From Paracoccaceae bacterium (GTDB lineage Bacteria; Pseudomonadota; Alphaproteobacteria; Rhodobacterales; Rhodobacteraceae), in contig JAKIUB010000014.1 in NCBI GenBank assembly GCA_021647745.1, positions 1,214 to 65,213 on the forward strand: a DNA stretch of 64,000 bases, given 5' to 3'. Shown here piece after piece: positions 31,050 to 43,141 of the stretch (its first letter is position 1; every line of letters begins with the position of its first letter). The position numbers and the translations under genes are program-made. Under the pieces are notes generated by a model that was not told the DNA's origin, searched no databases, and saw nothing but the letters and a program-made list of their open reading frames with translations.

Positions 31050-31661
31050 ATGTATAAATCCGTCATCCTGTTTGCGCTCATACTATCCGCCTGCACCCGC
31101 AGCGGCGCGCCGGACCTCTCTGCCTATAGCGCCGGGCACAGTACCCGCCTTTGCGGCAACCCTGCCCTGCTGGGCGAAAAGCTCGATGATATCGCGCAAG
31201 GCCAGTGCCGCATCGACAACCCTGTCGCTGTGCATGTGGTTGCCGGTGTTACCCTGTCCACCCCCGCAACGCTGAATTGCGATACAGCCAATACCCTCGC
31301 GGACTGGGTCGAAAACGATGCCCAGCAAGCGGTGAAAAAACTGCGCAGCCGGATTAGCAGCATGCGGGTTCTGGCCTCCTATGCCTGCCGCACCCGCAAT
31401 AGCCGACCCGGGGCGCGGCTTTCCGAGCATGCGCTTGGCAATGCGATAGACTTGGGCTCTTTCACGCTGGAAAACGGCATCGTGCTGAGCATCAAGGATG
31501 ACTGGCGTCGGCGCAACAAAGAGGGAAAAGCCATCCGTGCGCTGGTAGATAGCGCCTGCGGCCCTTTTGGCACCGTGCTCAGCCCTGATTCTGACCGGTT
31601 CCACCAAGATAACCTGCATCTTGATACCGCCTCCTACCGCTCCGGTGCCTATTGCCCCTAG
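31050..31661 (+). CDS. extensin-like C-terminal domain protein, probable lipoprotein
   Basis: MYKSVILFALILSAC lipobox, then ...LNCDTANTLADWV...SYACRTRNSRPGARLSEHALGNAIDLGSF...DRFHQDNLHLD, typical of the bacterial extensin-like family. ATG at 31050, two nt after the tyrC stop. Confidence 0.78.
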   Translation: MYKSVILFALILSACTRSGAPDLSAYSAGHSTRLCGNPALLGEKLDDIAQGQCRIDNPVAVHVVAGVTLSTPATLNCDTANTLADWVENDAQQAVKKLRSRISSMRVLASYACRTRNSRPGARLSEHALGNAIDLGSFTLENGIVLSIKDDWRRRNKEGKAIRALVDSACGPFGTVLSPDSDRFHQDNLHLDTASYRSGAYCP

Positions 31662-32863
31662 TGCGGCGTCCGCAGCAAAACCCACATCGCCACAGCCGCT
31701 ACGATCGCGCCGAGCAAAAACGGCGCGCCGGGAAAGTATAGCCCGCCCTCAAGGGTAAACAGCTTGAACATGCCGGTAAAAACCAGTGGCGCAATGATTG
31801 CGGCGAGGGATTCTATGCTGCCCAGAACCCCTTGCAAATCACCCTGCTCGCTATCCGGCACCTTCTTGGAAAGCACACCGTTTATGACCGGGCCTGCCAC
31901 CTCGCCAAGCGCGGCCACCGAGATCAGGGCAAAGACCATCCATGTCTCCAGCGCGAGGCTGATGCCGAGCATAGCAAGGATAATCGCCGAAATACCCAGT
32001 CGGATTGTCCTATACTCGCCCAAGCGGGGCAAAAGCCACCGGATCAGCACACCTTGCACAAACACCACCCCCAAGCCGTAGGCCGCCAGCGAAAACCCGA
32101 TGGTGGCGGTGGACCAGTCAAACTTTTCTTTGCCATAAAAGCTCCAGACACTTGGATAGGCATAGCCGGCCAGCATCAGGCAAAACACCACAATCAGCAT
32201 CGGCCGCAGCTCGCGTTGGCTGATTGCATTGCGCAGGGCCGAAAAGGGATTGGCGCGCCGCCAAGTAAAACTGCGGCGTTTTTCCACCGGCAAGGATTCC
32301 GGCAACAAAAACCACCCGAAGATAAAATTCAGCCCTGCAAACCCCGCCGCTGCAAAAAACGGCAGGCGGACATCTACCGCCCCGAGCATACCGCCAATCG
32401 CAGGCCCGAGAATAAAGCCTATGCCAAAGGTTGCCCCGATCATGCCGAAATTTTTCGCCCGATCTTCAGGCGCGCTGATATCGGCGATATAGGCTGTTGC
32501 GGTAGAGATCGTGGCCCCCGCGATCCCCGCCACCAGCCGACCAATAAACAATAGCGCAAAATTTCCGGCCAGCCCCATGATGATATAATCAACAAATAAT
32601 GCCGCAATGCCGGCCAGCAAAACCGGCCGCCGCCCGAAACGGTCTGAAAGGTTACCCAATATCGGCAGAAAGAAAAACTGCATCAAGGCATAAACAGCAA
32701 CCAGAGCGCCGCCAAAAAGCGCGGCACTCGGCACATCTTCAAAGCCGAGATCTTCGAGCAGCTCCGGCATCACCGGAAATATCAACCCGATCCCGATAGC
32801 GTCCAGCAAAATGGTGGCGATAGCAAAGCCCATGCCCGCCTTATGTTTTTTAGCTATATTCAT
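31658..32863 (-). CDS. MFS transporter, Tet/TCR-type drug:H+ antiporter family
   Basis: 401 aa, about 12 hydrophobic helices. Contains ...[18 protein letters not shown]... and ...[14 protein letters not shown] (MFS motif A). Confidence 0.85.
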   Translation of the reverse strand: MNIAKKHKAGMGFAIATILLDAIGIGLIFPVMPELLEDLGFEDVPSAALFGGALVAVYALMQFFFLPILGNLSDRFGRRPVLLAGIAALFVDYIIMGLAGNFALLFIGRLVAGIAGATISTATAYIADISAPEDRAKNFGMIGATFGIGFILGPAIGGMLGAVDVRLPFFAAAGFAGLNFIFGWFLLPESLPVEKRRSFTWRRANPFSALRNAISQRELRPMLIVVFCLMLAGYAYPSVWSFYGKEKFDWSTATIGFSLAAYGLGVVFVQGVLIRWLLPRLGEYRTIRLGISAIILAMLGISLALETWMVFALISVAALGEVAGPVINGVLSKKVPDSEQGDLQGVLGSIESLAAIIAPLVFTGMFKLFTLEGGLYFPGAPFLLGAIVAAVAMWVLLRTPH

Positions 32864-32874
32864 ACCGCAGATAT

Positions 32875-32908
32875 AATAAAGGCCCCGCAGGGTAGCGAGG
32901 CCTTTATT
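32875..32908 (-). terminator. hairpin terminator after atpC (end of the F1 operon)
   Basis: aataaaggcc (32875-32884) / 14-nt loop / ggcctttatt (32899-32908). 10-bp perfect stem with a U-rich 3' side on the minus strand. Confidence 0.5.
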
Positions 32909-32923
32909 GGTATGATTATTGCG

Positions 32924-33322
32924 CTAAATTGCGTGGCGAATAAGCAGCTCGTGATGCTCTGCCACCCGTCGTGCGGCGGCCGCATTCTGGTGCTCTGTCG
33001 CGGCTTCAAGATCGGCCTTGGCGATATTATGGAACTCTTCCAGTATCTCCTTGGTCACCTCGCCTTTGGGCAGGGCATTTTCGGCCAAAACCGTAACTCC
33101 CTCTGCCGATATCTCGGCAAAGCCGCCGGTGACAAGGTATTCGGTGGTCTCCGCACCGGCCACAACCGTCACATAGCCCGGGCGCAGGGTGGTAACCAGT
33201 GGTTCATGGTTCGGCATTGCCACCATATCACCATCAGTGCCCGGAATGCTCACGCTTTCGGCTTGCAGTGAAGCCAGCTTACGCTCCGGGGATACCAGAT
33301 CAAATTGCATTGTATCAGCCAT
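32924..33322 (-). CDS. atpC: F0F1 ATP synthase subunit epsilon
   Basis: [49 protein letters not shown]..., last gene of atpHAGDC. Confidence 0.93.
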   Translation of the reverse strand: MADTMQFDLVSPERKLASLQAESVSIPGTDGDMVAMPNHEPLVTTLRPGYVTVVAGAETTEYLVTGGFAEISAEGVTVLAENALPKGEVTKEILEEFHNIAKADLEAATEHQNAAAARRVAEHHELLIRHAI

Positions 33323-33334
33323 TGGTGGCCTCCT

Positions 33335-34777
<1,443 letters not shown>

Positions 34778-35650
34778 TTAAAGCGCTTCAGCGCCCGAGA
34801 TAATCTCGATCAATTCATTGGTAATCGCAGCCTGACGCGAGCGGTTATACTCGATGGTCAGTTTGTCGATCATTTCGCCAGCGTTGCGGGTCGCGTTGTC
34901 CATAGCAGACATCCGCGCGCCCTGCTCCGAGGCTCCATTTTCCAGCAGCGCCGTGAAAATCTGGGTCGAAACCGCACGCGGCAGCAAATCATCCAGAATT
35001 TCGCTTTCTTCCGGCTCGAAGTCATAGAGCGTAGAGGAGGTCTCCTCGGCGACATCAAACTTGGCAGGAATAAGCTGAAGTGCGGTCGGGATCTGGGTCA
35101 CAACCGATTCAAACCGGCTGTAAAAGATCGTTGCCACGTCAAACTCGGCCGTATCAAAACGCTTGATCAGGTCTTTGCCGATATTAGCCGCGTGTACATA
35201 GCCAAGGCGCTTAACCTCGGAATGGTCCACGTGATGGATCATGATATCGCCAAAATCACGCTTGAGCTGGTCACGGCCTTTTTTGCCAACGGTGATCATT
35301 TTCACCGTTTTGCCAGCTGCGACAAGCTCGTTTGCATGCGCCCGCGCCAATTTGGCAATCGACGAGTTAAACCCGCCGCACAGCCCGCGCTCGGAGGTAG
35401 CGACGATCAGCAGATGCACATCGTCTTTTCCCGTGCCGCGCAGAAGCAAAGGTGCGTTCTCGCTTTCAGCAGCGCCTTGAGCCAGATTTCCAAGGACCGC
35501 GTTCATCCGCGCCGCATAAGGGCGCGCGTCTTCAGCGGATTCCTGGGCGCGGCGCAATTTCGCCGCAGCCACCATCTGCATGGCCTTGGTGATTTTCCGA
35601 GTGTTTTTAACACTCTGGATCCTCGTTTTTAGGTCTTTGAGGTTCGCCAT
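34778..35650 (-). CDS. atpG: F0F1 ATP synthase subunit gamma
   Basis: [36 protein letters not shown]...[15 protein letters not shown]. Confidence 0.98.
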   Translation of the reverse strand: MANLKDLKTRIQSVKNTRKITKAMQMVAAAKLRRAQESAEDARPYAARMNAVLGNLAQGAAESENAPLLLRGTGKDDVHLLIVATSERGLCGGFNSSIAKLARAHANELVAAGKTVKMITVGKKGRDQLKRDFGDIMIHHVDHSEVKRLGYVHAANIGKDLIKRFDTAEFDVATIFYSRFESVVTQIPTALQLIPAKFDVAEETSSTLYDFEPEESEILDDLLPRAVSTQIFTALLENGASEQGARMSAMDNATRNAGEMIDKLTIEYNRSRQAAITNELIEIISGAEAL

Positions 35651-35681
35651 TGGCTAAAACTCCTTTCCCTTAAGGCCAAAA

Positions 35682-37220
35682 TTACGCGAAGTCTTTTGCG
35701 AAAGCTTCGAGCACGGATTTGACGCTGTCATCCAGCTCACCTTTAACCTTGCGGTCATTATCGGTGATGTCTTTCAGCAGGTCGGCATGGTTGGTGCGCA
35801 GGTGCGCCAGCAAGCCGGCCTCAAAGCGGCCAACGTCTTTAACGTCAACTTTATCAAGGTAGCCTTTGGTGCCGGCATAAATAACCATAACCTGCTCGGC
35901 ATTGGTCAGCGGCGAATATTGCGCCTGCTTCAGCAGCTCGGTCAGGCGCGCACCACGGGCAAGCAATGCCTGTGTAGCAGCATCCAGATCAGAACCGAAC
36001 TGGGCAAAAGCCGCCATCTCGCGGTACTGCGCCAGCTCCAGCTTCAGAGAGCCAGCCACAGACGACATCGCCTTGGTTTGCGCCGAAGAGCCAACCCGCG
36101 ATACCGAAAGGCCTGTGTTAACCGCCGGACGGATGCCCGCGTTAAACAGCTCGGTTTCGAGGAAGATCTGACCATCGGTGATCGAAATCACGTTGGTTGG
36201 AATAAATGCCGAAACATCGCCGCCCTGGGTTTCAATGATCGGCAGCGCGGTGAGCGAGCCAGAACCATAATCCGCGTTCAATTTCGACGAACGCTCAAGC
36301 AAGCGAGAGTGAAGATAAAACACATCGCCCGGGTAAGCTTCACGTCCGGGTGGACGGCGCAGCAGCAAGGACATTTGGCGATAAGCCACGGCCTGCTTGG
36401 AAAGGTCATCATAGATGATCAGCGCGTGGCGGCCATTGTCACGGAAATGCTCGGCCATCGCGGTGGCGCAATAAGGGGCGAGGAACTGAAGAGGTGCAGG
36501 GTCTGAAGCGGTCGCTGCCACAACGATGGAATATTCCATCGCGCCGTTTTCTTCCAGCTTGCGCACGAGTTGGGCCACGGTAGAGCGTTTTTGCCCGATC
36601 GCCACATATACGCAGTAAAGTTTTTTATACTCGTCATCACCAGCCGCGTCATTATACGCCTTCTGGTTCAGAACCGCATCCAGCGCCACAGCTGATTTGC
36701 CGGTCTGGCGGTCACCAATGATCAGCTCGCGCTGGCCACGACCAACGGGAATAAGCGCATCAACAGATTTCAGGCCGGTTGCCATAGGCTCATGCACCGA
36801 TTTACGCGGAATAATACCGGGGGCTTTCACATCGGCCACCGAGCGTTTTGTGGTTTTCAACGGGCCTTTGCCGTCAATCGGATTACCCAAGCCATCAACC
36901 ACGCGGCCAAGCAGCTCGTCGCCCACGGGCACATCCACAATCGAGTTGGTGCGCTTTACAACGTCACCCTCTTTGATATCCCTGTCCGAACCGAAAATCA
37001 CGATACCGACGTTATCAGTCTCGAGGTTCAGCGCCATTCCGCGGATACCACCGGGGAATTCAACCATTTCACCGGCCTGAACATTGTCCAACCCATATAC
37101 ACGCGCAATACCGTCACCAACTGACAGCACACGCCCCACTTCGGCGACTTCGGCCTCGGCACCAAAATTCTTGATCTGGTTCTTGAGAATCGCAGAGATT
37201 TCCGCGGCTTGGATGCTCAT
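35682..37220 (-). CDS. atpA: F0F1 ATP synthase subunit alpha
   Basis: ...[27 protein letters not shown]... P-loop, full-length 512 aa. Confidence 0.99.
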   Translation of the reverse strand: MSIQAAEISAILKNQIKNFGAEAEVAEVGRVLSVGDGIARVYGLDNVQAGEMVEFPGGIRGMALNLETDNVGIVIFGSDRDIKEGDVVKRTNSIVDVPVGDELLGRVVDGLGNPIDGKGPLKTTKRSVADVKAPGIIPRKSVHEPMATGLKSVDALIPVGRGQRELIIGDRQTGKSAVALDAVLNQKAYNDAAGDDEYKKLYCVYVAIGQKRSTVAQLVRKLEENGAMEYSIVVAATASDPAPLQFLAPYCATAMAEHFRDNGRHALIIYDDLSKQAVAYRQMSLLLRRPPGREAYPGDVFYLHSRLLERSSKLNADYGSGSLTALPIIETQGGDVSAFIPTNVISITDGQIFLETELFNAGIRPAVNTGLSVSRVGSSAQTKAMSSVAGSLKLELAQYREMAAFAQFGSDLDAATQALLARGARLTELLKQAQYSPLTNAEQVMVIYAGTKGYLDKVDVKDVGRFEAGLLAHLRTNHADLLKDITDNDRKVKGELDDSVKSVLEAFAKDFA

Positions 37221-37781
37221 TTATCCGACCTCTTTCATTGCATTTTGAAGATTGTTAAGTTTGCTGCGAAGCGAGCTGTCGATCATGAGTGAACCCACCT
37301 TCACAATAAGACCGCCAATAAGATCCTTATCCACGGTCACATTTACTTTCACGTCTTTGCCAACCGATTTTTTAAGCGCGGCGGCCAGTGCGGTGCTTTG
37401 CTTTTCGGTCAGAGCCTTGGCGGCGATCACATCCGCGCTCACCTCGCCGCGATCATCAGCGGCCAGTGCTTTTACCTGAGAGATCATCGCAGGCAGCACA
37501 TCAAGGCGGCGGTTTTCAGCCATCAGGGCCACGGTGTTGGAAACATCCGCCCCCAGCCCCATTTTATCGGTCAGGGCGCGCAGGGCTTTGCCTTGCTCCT
37601 CGCGGCTGAGCAATGGCGAGGTGATGACATCGCGCAAATCGGCGCTTTCATCAAGCGCCCCTTGCAGCGAATCAAGATCAGCCTCGATAGCGGCCAGGCT
37701 TTTGGCCGCCTTGGCGATCTGGAACAATGCGATCGCATAGCGCCCCGAGGCCCCTGCGGTTATTGATGCTGTAGCAGACAC
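37221..37781 (-). CDS. atpH: F0F1 ATP synthase subunit delta (OSCP)
   Basis: ...GRYAIALFQIAKAAKSL...VTSPLLSREEQ...IGGLIVKVGSLMIDSSLRSKLNNLQ. Start set to the GTG at 37779-37781, preceded by AAAGGGG, giving a 186-aa product. The track ORF extends to 37820. Confidence 0.9.
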   Translation of the reverse strand: MSATASITAGASGRYAIALFQIAKAAKSLAAIEADLDSLQGALDESADLRDVITSPLLSREEQGKALRALTDKMGLGADVSNTVALMAENRRLDVLPAMISQVKALAADDRGEVSADVIAAKALTEKQSTALAAALKKSVGKDVKVNVTVDKDLIGGLIVKVGSLMIDSSLRSKLNNLQNAMKEVG

Positions 37782-38110
37782 GAACACCCCTTTATTCTCA
37801 ACACCCGCTTGTGCGGGCAATAGCTTACCGTTCGGCGAGTCACATACAAACTCGTTGAAATCGTCGCGGTGATAGCAGAGGGTTGCGCTTGAGGCAAGAG
37901 AGCGGCCAAAACCCGTGGATCTGAGTTTATAAGTGCATTATCAATAAGTTAACCCAGTATTTTCGCTCGATGCGGCGCTTTACGCGGCATATTTGTTGAT
38001 TTTTTTAGGGGGAGAGGCGGTGAATCGGGGAGATTTGGGAATGCAGGGTGGGTTTCAACTCACCATCAGCGGCGTGGTGGGTTAAAACCCGCCCTACAAT
38101 CCGGCTCTTC

Positions 38111-38860
38111 TCAGCCCCGCGCTGCAGGCTTAGGCCTGCCCAGCCCCTGCAATATCCCAACCGGCGCCTTAACCGCCTCGCGCAGCCCGCCTTTGGGCAG
38201 GGCGTATACCTGCTTGGTTGCCTCCAGCAATATCGCCCCGGCCCCAAGCCCGCCGCCCATGCGCGGTCCCCATTTTTCCCAAAACGGGGCCGATTTCAGC
38301 CAAAACCGCTTCTGGCTTGGCGGCGCAAATAGCGCCATCACATGGCGCTCGGCCTGAAAGCGGTGCAGGCGCAGGTAGCCCTCCAACTGCCCCACGGAAT
38401 AAGGCCGGCCATAGCCAAAAGGGGTGCCGTCAGACCTTGCCCATATCCCCGAACGATTGGGCACGATGAATACCACCTTGCCCCCCGGCGCCAACACCCG
38501 CCAAATTTCTGCCAGCAAGGCATCCGGCTGCTCGCAGGTTTCCAGCCCGTGCGCTACCACCAGCCGATCAAGGCTGCCCGCCACCACGGGCCACGACACC
38601 TCCTCCACCAGCGCCGTCAGGTTCGCGGCGCCCGATGGCCAGTGCATCACGCCCTGTTGCCCCGGCATCAAGCCCAGCACCCGCTGCGCCTCGCCCATAA
38701 AGGGCCGCAGCACCGGCACGGCAAAGCCAAACCCCGCCACGTCCATGCCTTTCACATCGGGCCACAGCCCTCGCATAGCCCCCTGCAAGCCATGCTGCGC
38801 CGAGCGCCCCAGCTTGGTGCGATAATAAAAGTTCCGCAAATCTATGACATCGATATGCAT
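38111..38860 (-). CDS. class I SAM-dependent methyltransferase
   Basis: MHIDVIDLRNFYY... with ...DRLVVAHGLE...LLAEIWRVLAPGGKVVFIVPN (methyltransferase motifs). Divergent from gloB, a common pairing in alphaproteobacteria. Start moved to the ATG at 38858-38860. Confidence 0.75.
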   Translation of the reverse strand: MHIDVIDLRNFYYRTKLGRSAQHGLQGAMRGLWPDVKGMDVAGFGFAVPVLRPFMGEAQRVLGLMPGQQGVMHWPSGAANLTALVEEVSWPVVAGSLDRLVVAHGLETCEQPDALLAEIWRVLAPGGKVVFIVPNRSGIWARSDGTPFGYGRPYSVGQLEGYLRLHRFQAERHVMALFAPPSQKRFWLKSAPFWEKWGPRMGGGLGAGAILLEATKQVYALPKGGLREAVKAPVGILQGLGRPKPAARG

Positions 38861-38991
38861 TGGCCCTCCTCGGGTTTTCCCAATTCTAGCCACCTCCGGT
38901 CAACCGCGCAACGCCTGAAAAATTCAGCCATACCTTCCCCATTGCAAAGCCCGCCGCTTTCCGCCAAGATTTCCGAAAAGAAAGACGCGAA

Positions 38992-39711
38992 ATGACCCAC
39001 GAAATCCTCACCATCCCCTGCCTTGCAGATAACTACGCCTACCTGCTCCATGACCTGGCCACCGGCACCACCGCTGTGATAGATGCCCCCGAGGCCGCCC
39101 CCATTCTGGCCGCTCTGGAAAGGAGGGGCTGGAGCCTCGACATGGTGCTGCTCACCCACCACCACTGGGACCATATCGACGGGCTGCCCGACCTGCTGGC
39201 AAAGACAACGCCCCGCATCATCGGTGCCGCTCAAGATGCCCACCGCCTTCCCAAGCTGGATATTGCTGTAAACGAAGGTGACATCATCAAGGTCGGCAAC
39301 CTGGAAGGGCGGATTATCGATGTCTCGGGCCACACACTAAACCACATAGCCTTCGCCTTTCCCGGTGCGGTATTTAGCGGTGACAGCCTGTTTGCGCTGG
39401 GCTGCGGGCGCGTTTTCGAGGGCGATATGGAAATGATGCATAACAGCCTGCAAAAACTTGCGGCGCTGCCCCCTGACACCCTTGTCTATTCGGGCCACGA
39501 ATACACCCTTGCCAATGCCGCATTCGCGCTGGAGGTCGAGCCGGAAAACACCGCGCTCATTGCCCGCGTACAAAAGATAAAACAGCTGCGGGCTAAAGGC
39601 ATACCCACTGTGCCCGCCGCTTTATCGCTAGAGCTGGAGACAAACCCGTTTTTGCGCGCACGCACCGGCACTGAATTCGCCAAACTGCGCAGCGCCAAGG
39701 ATAATTTCTAG
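38992..39711 (+). CDS. gloB: hydroxyacylglutathione hydrolase (glyoxalase II)
   Basis: ...IPCLADNYAYLLHD...LLTHHHWDHIDG...GHTLNHIAF...GDSLFALGCGRVFEG...YSGHEYTLANAAFA... Confidence 0.93.
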   Translation: MTHEILTIPCLADNYAYLLHDLATGTTAVIDAPEAAPILAALERRGWSLDMVLLTHHHWDHIDGLPDLLAKTTPRIIGAAQDAHRLPKLDIAVNEGDIIKVGNLEGRIIDVSGHTLNHIAFAFPGAVFSGDSLFALGCGRVFEGDMEMMHNSLQKLAALPPDTLVYSGHEYTLANAAFALEVEPENTALIARVQKIKQLRAKGIPTVPAALSLELETNPFLRARTGTEFAKLRSAKDNF

Positions 39712-39720
39712 GAGGTGGCC

Positions 39721-40542
39721 GTGCCCACACAGAAAAACAACACCGGCCCGCTTGAAACCCGCCTTCATGTGCTAAGCTGGAATATATGGTGGCAATTCGG
39801 ACCATGGCGCGAGCGCGCAACGGCCATCGAAACCACAATCAGAGCCGCCAATCCCGACCTGATCGCCTTGCAGGAGGTTTGGGGAGACAAGGTCGAAAAT
39901 TTTGCAAAAATACTGGCGGGAAAGCTCGGCTACCATTATTTTTACGCCGATTGTATGACCATGAACGGAACCGGCTTTGGCAATGCTGTTCTTTCGCGCT
40001 GGCCAATCACAAAACCGGAAACAATCACCCTCTCCGGCGCAACCGGAACCGGTGAAACCCGTAATGCAATTTTCGCCCAAGTCGCGGGGCCACGTGGCGA
40101 TATTCCGTTTTTTTGCACCCACCTCAACTGGCGCTATGACCAGAGCCATATTCGCCAGCAACAGGTATGTGAAATCGCCGAATTTGTAAAAACCTACGCA
40201 GCCGGAAAAATGCCCCCCATTCTGGGCGGAGACTTTAACGCCGAACCGATGAGCGACGAGATCCGCGCACTTACCGGGCTGTCCAAGGCCGCAGCCGACG
40301 GTCTTGTATTCCATGACGCATGGGCTGTCGCGGGCAAGGGCCAAGGCCACACCTGGAATAACGAAAACCCCTTTGTTGCCAGCAAATTCGAGCCGGACCG
40401 CCGAATCGACTATATATTTTCAGGGTATCCGAAAGCGCGGGGGCGCGGGCATGTCACCGGCGCCCGAATAATCGGAAATGTCGCGATAGACGGTATATGG
40501 CCAAGCGACCACTTCGGATTGCAAGCGGAAATCAGGTATTAA
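39721..40542 (+). CDS. endonuclease/exonuclease/phosphatase (EEP) family protein
   Basis: ...LHVLSWNIWWQFGPW...PDLIALQEVW...GGDFNAEP...SDHFGL... are EEP catalytic motifs. The track start is GTG 39715. I prefer GTG 39721 because GGAGG (39711-39715) is then correctly spaced. Confidence 0.8.
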   Translation: MPTQKNNTGPLETRLHVLSWNIWWQFGPWRERATAIETTIRAANPDLIALQEVWGDKVENFAKILAGKLGYHYFYADCMTMNGTGFGNAVLSRWPITKPETITLSGATGTGETRNAIFAQVAGPRGDIPFFCTHLNWRYDQSHIRQQQVCEIAEFVKTYAAGKMPPILGGDFNAEPMSDEIRALTGLSKAAADGLVFHDAWAVAGKGQGHTWNNENPFVASKFEPDRRIDYIFSGYPKARGRGHVTGARIIGNVAIDGIWPSDHFGLQAEIRY

Positions 40543-40717
40543 GCCAGCCAAAAATATGAGCCTTTAGGCTGTAAACAATGCAGCCACCCTCCAATCGACA
40601 TCTGTTGCTAGTGCAACACATGCGCTCTTGATTGGGCGATGGCCTCGCTGCGCTCGGCGGATATTCCCGCGACCAAACCGCCTGATCACCACAAATTTAG
40701 CCTATTTGAGACGATTT

Positions 40718-40749
40718 CCCTTGAAGCCTGACAAATAAACCCGAAGTTA
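40718..40749 (+). promoter_or_regulatory. candidate sigma32 (RpoH)-type promoter upstream of clpA
   Basis: cccTTGAAg (CTTGAA at 40720-40725), a 14-nt spacer, then CCCGAAGTTA (40740-40749). Resembles the enterobacterial CTTGAA-N13-17-CCCCATNT consensus. About 60 nt upstream of the clpA ATG. Pattern match only. Confidence 0.25.
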
Positions 40750-40811
40750 AAAGGTAAGCATTAGGCTGCGTTTTGTGCAGCTGCATTTTGAATTCGGGCT
40801 AGGAGGGCAAT

Positions 40812-43127
40812 ATGCCATCATTTTCCACCACCCTTGAAGAGGCTATCCATAAAGCGCTGAGCCTCGCAAACGAGCGCCGCCACGAGCTGGCAACGTTGGA
40901 GCACCTGCTCTTGGCGCTGGTAGACGAGCCAGAGGCGCGCAAGGTAATGACCGCCTGCGCTGTTGATATGGACAAGCTCAAACGGCAGCTGACACGGTTC
41001 ATAGATAACGATCTTGATTCTCTGGTATCCGAGATTGAAGGCACCGAAGCCGCACCAACCACCGGCTTTCAGCGTGTGATCCAGCGCGCAGCGATCCATG
41101 TGCAAAGCTCCGGCCATGCCGAGGTAACCGGAGCAAATGTGCTGGTCGCGATCTTTACCGAGCGCGAAAGCCACGCCGCCTATTACCTGCAACAACAAGA
41201 CATGACCCGCTATGACGCGGTCAATTTTATCAGCCACGGGGTGGCAAAAGATCCGGCTTATAACGAGCATGTGCCATTGCAAGGCGCTGGCGATCTGGCC
41301 GATGACGTAACCCCTGGCGAGAAAAAAGAGACCGCGCTACAAAAATATTGTGATGACCTGAACGCCAAGGCCCGCGCTGGCGAGGTCGACCCGTTGATCG
41401 GCCGCCAGCACGAGGTAGATCGCTGCATTCAGGTGCTGTGTCGCCGCCGCAAGAATAACCCCATTCTAGTGGGTGATCCGGGCGTGGGCAAAACCGCCAT
41501 CGCGGAAGGGCTGGCGCGCAAAATCGTGGATGAAGAAGTGCCGAAGGTGCTTTCGGAAACCACAATATTCTCGCTGGATATGGGCGCATTGCTGGCCGGC
41601 ACCCGCTATCGCGGTGATTTCGAGGAGCGGCTGAAAGCGGTAATGAAAGAGATGGAGGAGCATGATAATGCCGTGCTTTTCATTGACGAAATTCATACGG
41701 TGATTGGCGCGGGTGCGACCTCTGGCGGGGCGATGGATGCGTCTAATTTGCTCAAGCCTGCGCTTCAAGGCGGCAAGCTGCGCTGCATGGGTTCAACCAC
41801 CTATAAGGAATATCGCCAGCATTTCGAAAAAGATCGCGCGCTGGCGCGGCGCTTCCAGAAGATCGACGTAAAAGAGCCAAGCATTCCGGATGCCATCAAA
41901 ATCCTGATGGGGCTGAAGCCCTATTTTGAAGAGCATCACGATATCCGCTATACCAATGACGGCATCAAAACCGCCGTTGATCTGGCCGCGCGCTATATCA
42001 ATGATCGCAAGCTGCCCGATAGCGCAATTGACGTGATCGACGAAGCTGGCGCTGCGCAAATGCTGGTGGCTGAAAGCAAGCGGCGCAAAACCATTGGCAC
42101 CAAGGATATTGAGGCCGTAGTAGCCAAAATCGCCCGCATTCCGCCCAAAAGCGTATCCAAAGATGATAGCGAGGTGCTGCGCGACCTTGAAAAAAGTCTG
42201 AAAAGGGTGGTGTTCGGGCAGGATGATGCGATTACGGCGCTGGCCAGCTCGATCAAGCTGGCGCGCGCGGGCCTGCGCGAGCCGGAAAAGCCGATCGGGA
42301 ATTATCTTTTTGCCGGGCCTACGGGCGTGGGCAAAACCGAGGTCGCCAAGCAATTGGCTGATGTTTTGGGCGTGGAGCTTTTGCGCTTTGATATGTCGGA
42401 ATATATGGAAAAACACGCGGTTAGCCGCTTGATCGGCGCGCCTCCGGGCTATGTCGGCTTTGATCAGGGCGGATTGCTGACGGACGGGGTCGACCAAAAC
42501 CCGCATTGTGTGCTGCTGCTGGACGAGATGGAAAAGGCGCATCCCGATGTGTTTAATATCCTGCTGCAAGTGATGGATCACGGCAAGCTGACCGACCATA
42601 ACGGCAAAGCGATTGATTTTCGCAATGTAGTGCTGATCATGACCAGCAATGCGGGCGCCGCCGAGCAGGCAAAATCGGCCATCGGCTTTGGCGATACCAA
42701 GCGGGTGGGCGAAGATACCGCCGCCGTCGAGCGCACCTTTACGCCGGAATTTCGCAATCGCCTCGATGCGGTGATCAGCTTTAGCTCGCTTCCGCGCGAG
42801 GTGATCCTGCAGGTGGTGGAAAAATTCGTGCTTCAGCTTGAGGCGCAATTGATGGATCGAAATGTAACCATCGAGCTGACCGAAGCGGCGGCGAACTGGC
42901 TTTCCAAAAAAGGCTATGATGATAAAATGGGGGCGCGGCCATTGGGGCGCACCATTCAGGAATACATCAAAAAGCCGCTGGCGGAGGAGCTGCTATTTGG
43001 CAAGCTTGTCAAAGGCGGCTCGGTGCGGGTCGAGGTCAAGGACGGGAAAATCCATCTGGAAATTCTGGAGCCGGAAAAGCTTCGGATTTCCACCCCGAAA
43101 AAACCGCCAATGCTGACAACCGAATAA
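40812..43127 (+). CDS. clpA: ATP-dependent Clp protease ATP-binding subunit ClpA
   Basis: 771 aa. Clp N-domain (MPSFSTTLEEAIHKALSLANERRHELATLEHLLLAL) and two AAA+ modules (GDPGVGKTAIAEGLA; GPTGVGKTEVAKQLA). No ClpB-type middle coiled coil. Confidence 0.97.
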   Translation: MPSFSTTLEEAIHKALSLANERRHELATLEHLLLALVDEPEARKVMTACAVDMDKLKRQLTRFIDNDLDSLVSEIEGTEAAPTTGFQRVIQRAAIHVQSSGHAEVTGANVLVAIFTERESHAAYYLQQQDMTRYDAVNFISHGVAKDPAYNEHVPLQGAGDLADDVTPGEKKETALQKYCDDLNAKARAGEVDPLIGRQHEVDRCIQVLCRRRKNNPILVGDPGVGKTAIAEGLARKIVDEEVPKVLSETTIFSLDMGALLAGTRYRGDFEERLKAVMKEMEEHDNAVLFIDEIHTVIGAGATSGGAMDASNLLKPALQGGKLRCMGSTTYKEYRQHFEKDRALARRFQKIDVKEPSIPDAIKILMGLKPYFEEHHDIRYTNDGIKTAVDLAARYINDRKLPDSAIDVIDEAGAAQMLVAESKRRKTIGTKDIEAVVAKIARIPPKSVSKDDSEVLRDLEKSLKRVVFGQDDAITALASSIKLARAGLREPEKPIGNYLFAGPTGVGKTEVAKQLADVLGVELLRFDMSEYMEKHAVSRLIGAPPGYVGFDQGGLLTDGVDQNPHCVLLLDEMEKAHPDVFNILLQVMDHGKLTDHNGKAIDFRNVVLIMTSNAGAAEQAKSAIGFGDTKRVGEDTAAVERTFTPEFRNRLDAVISFSSLPREVILQVVEKFVLQLEAQLMDRNVTIELTEAAANWLSKKGYDDKMGARPLGRTIQEYIKKPLAEELLFGKLVKGGSVRVEVKDGKIHLEILEPEKLRISTPKKPPMLTTE

Positions 43128-43141
43128 ACAGTAGCAAGCGC

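Noticed and set aside
41793-42848. 351-aa minus-strand ORF
   Set aside because: It is antisense to clpA and is a shadow ORF.
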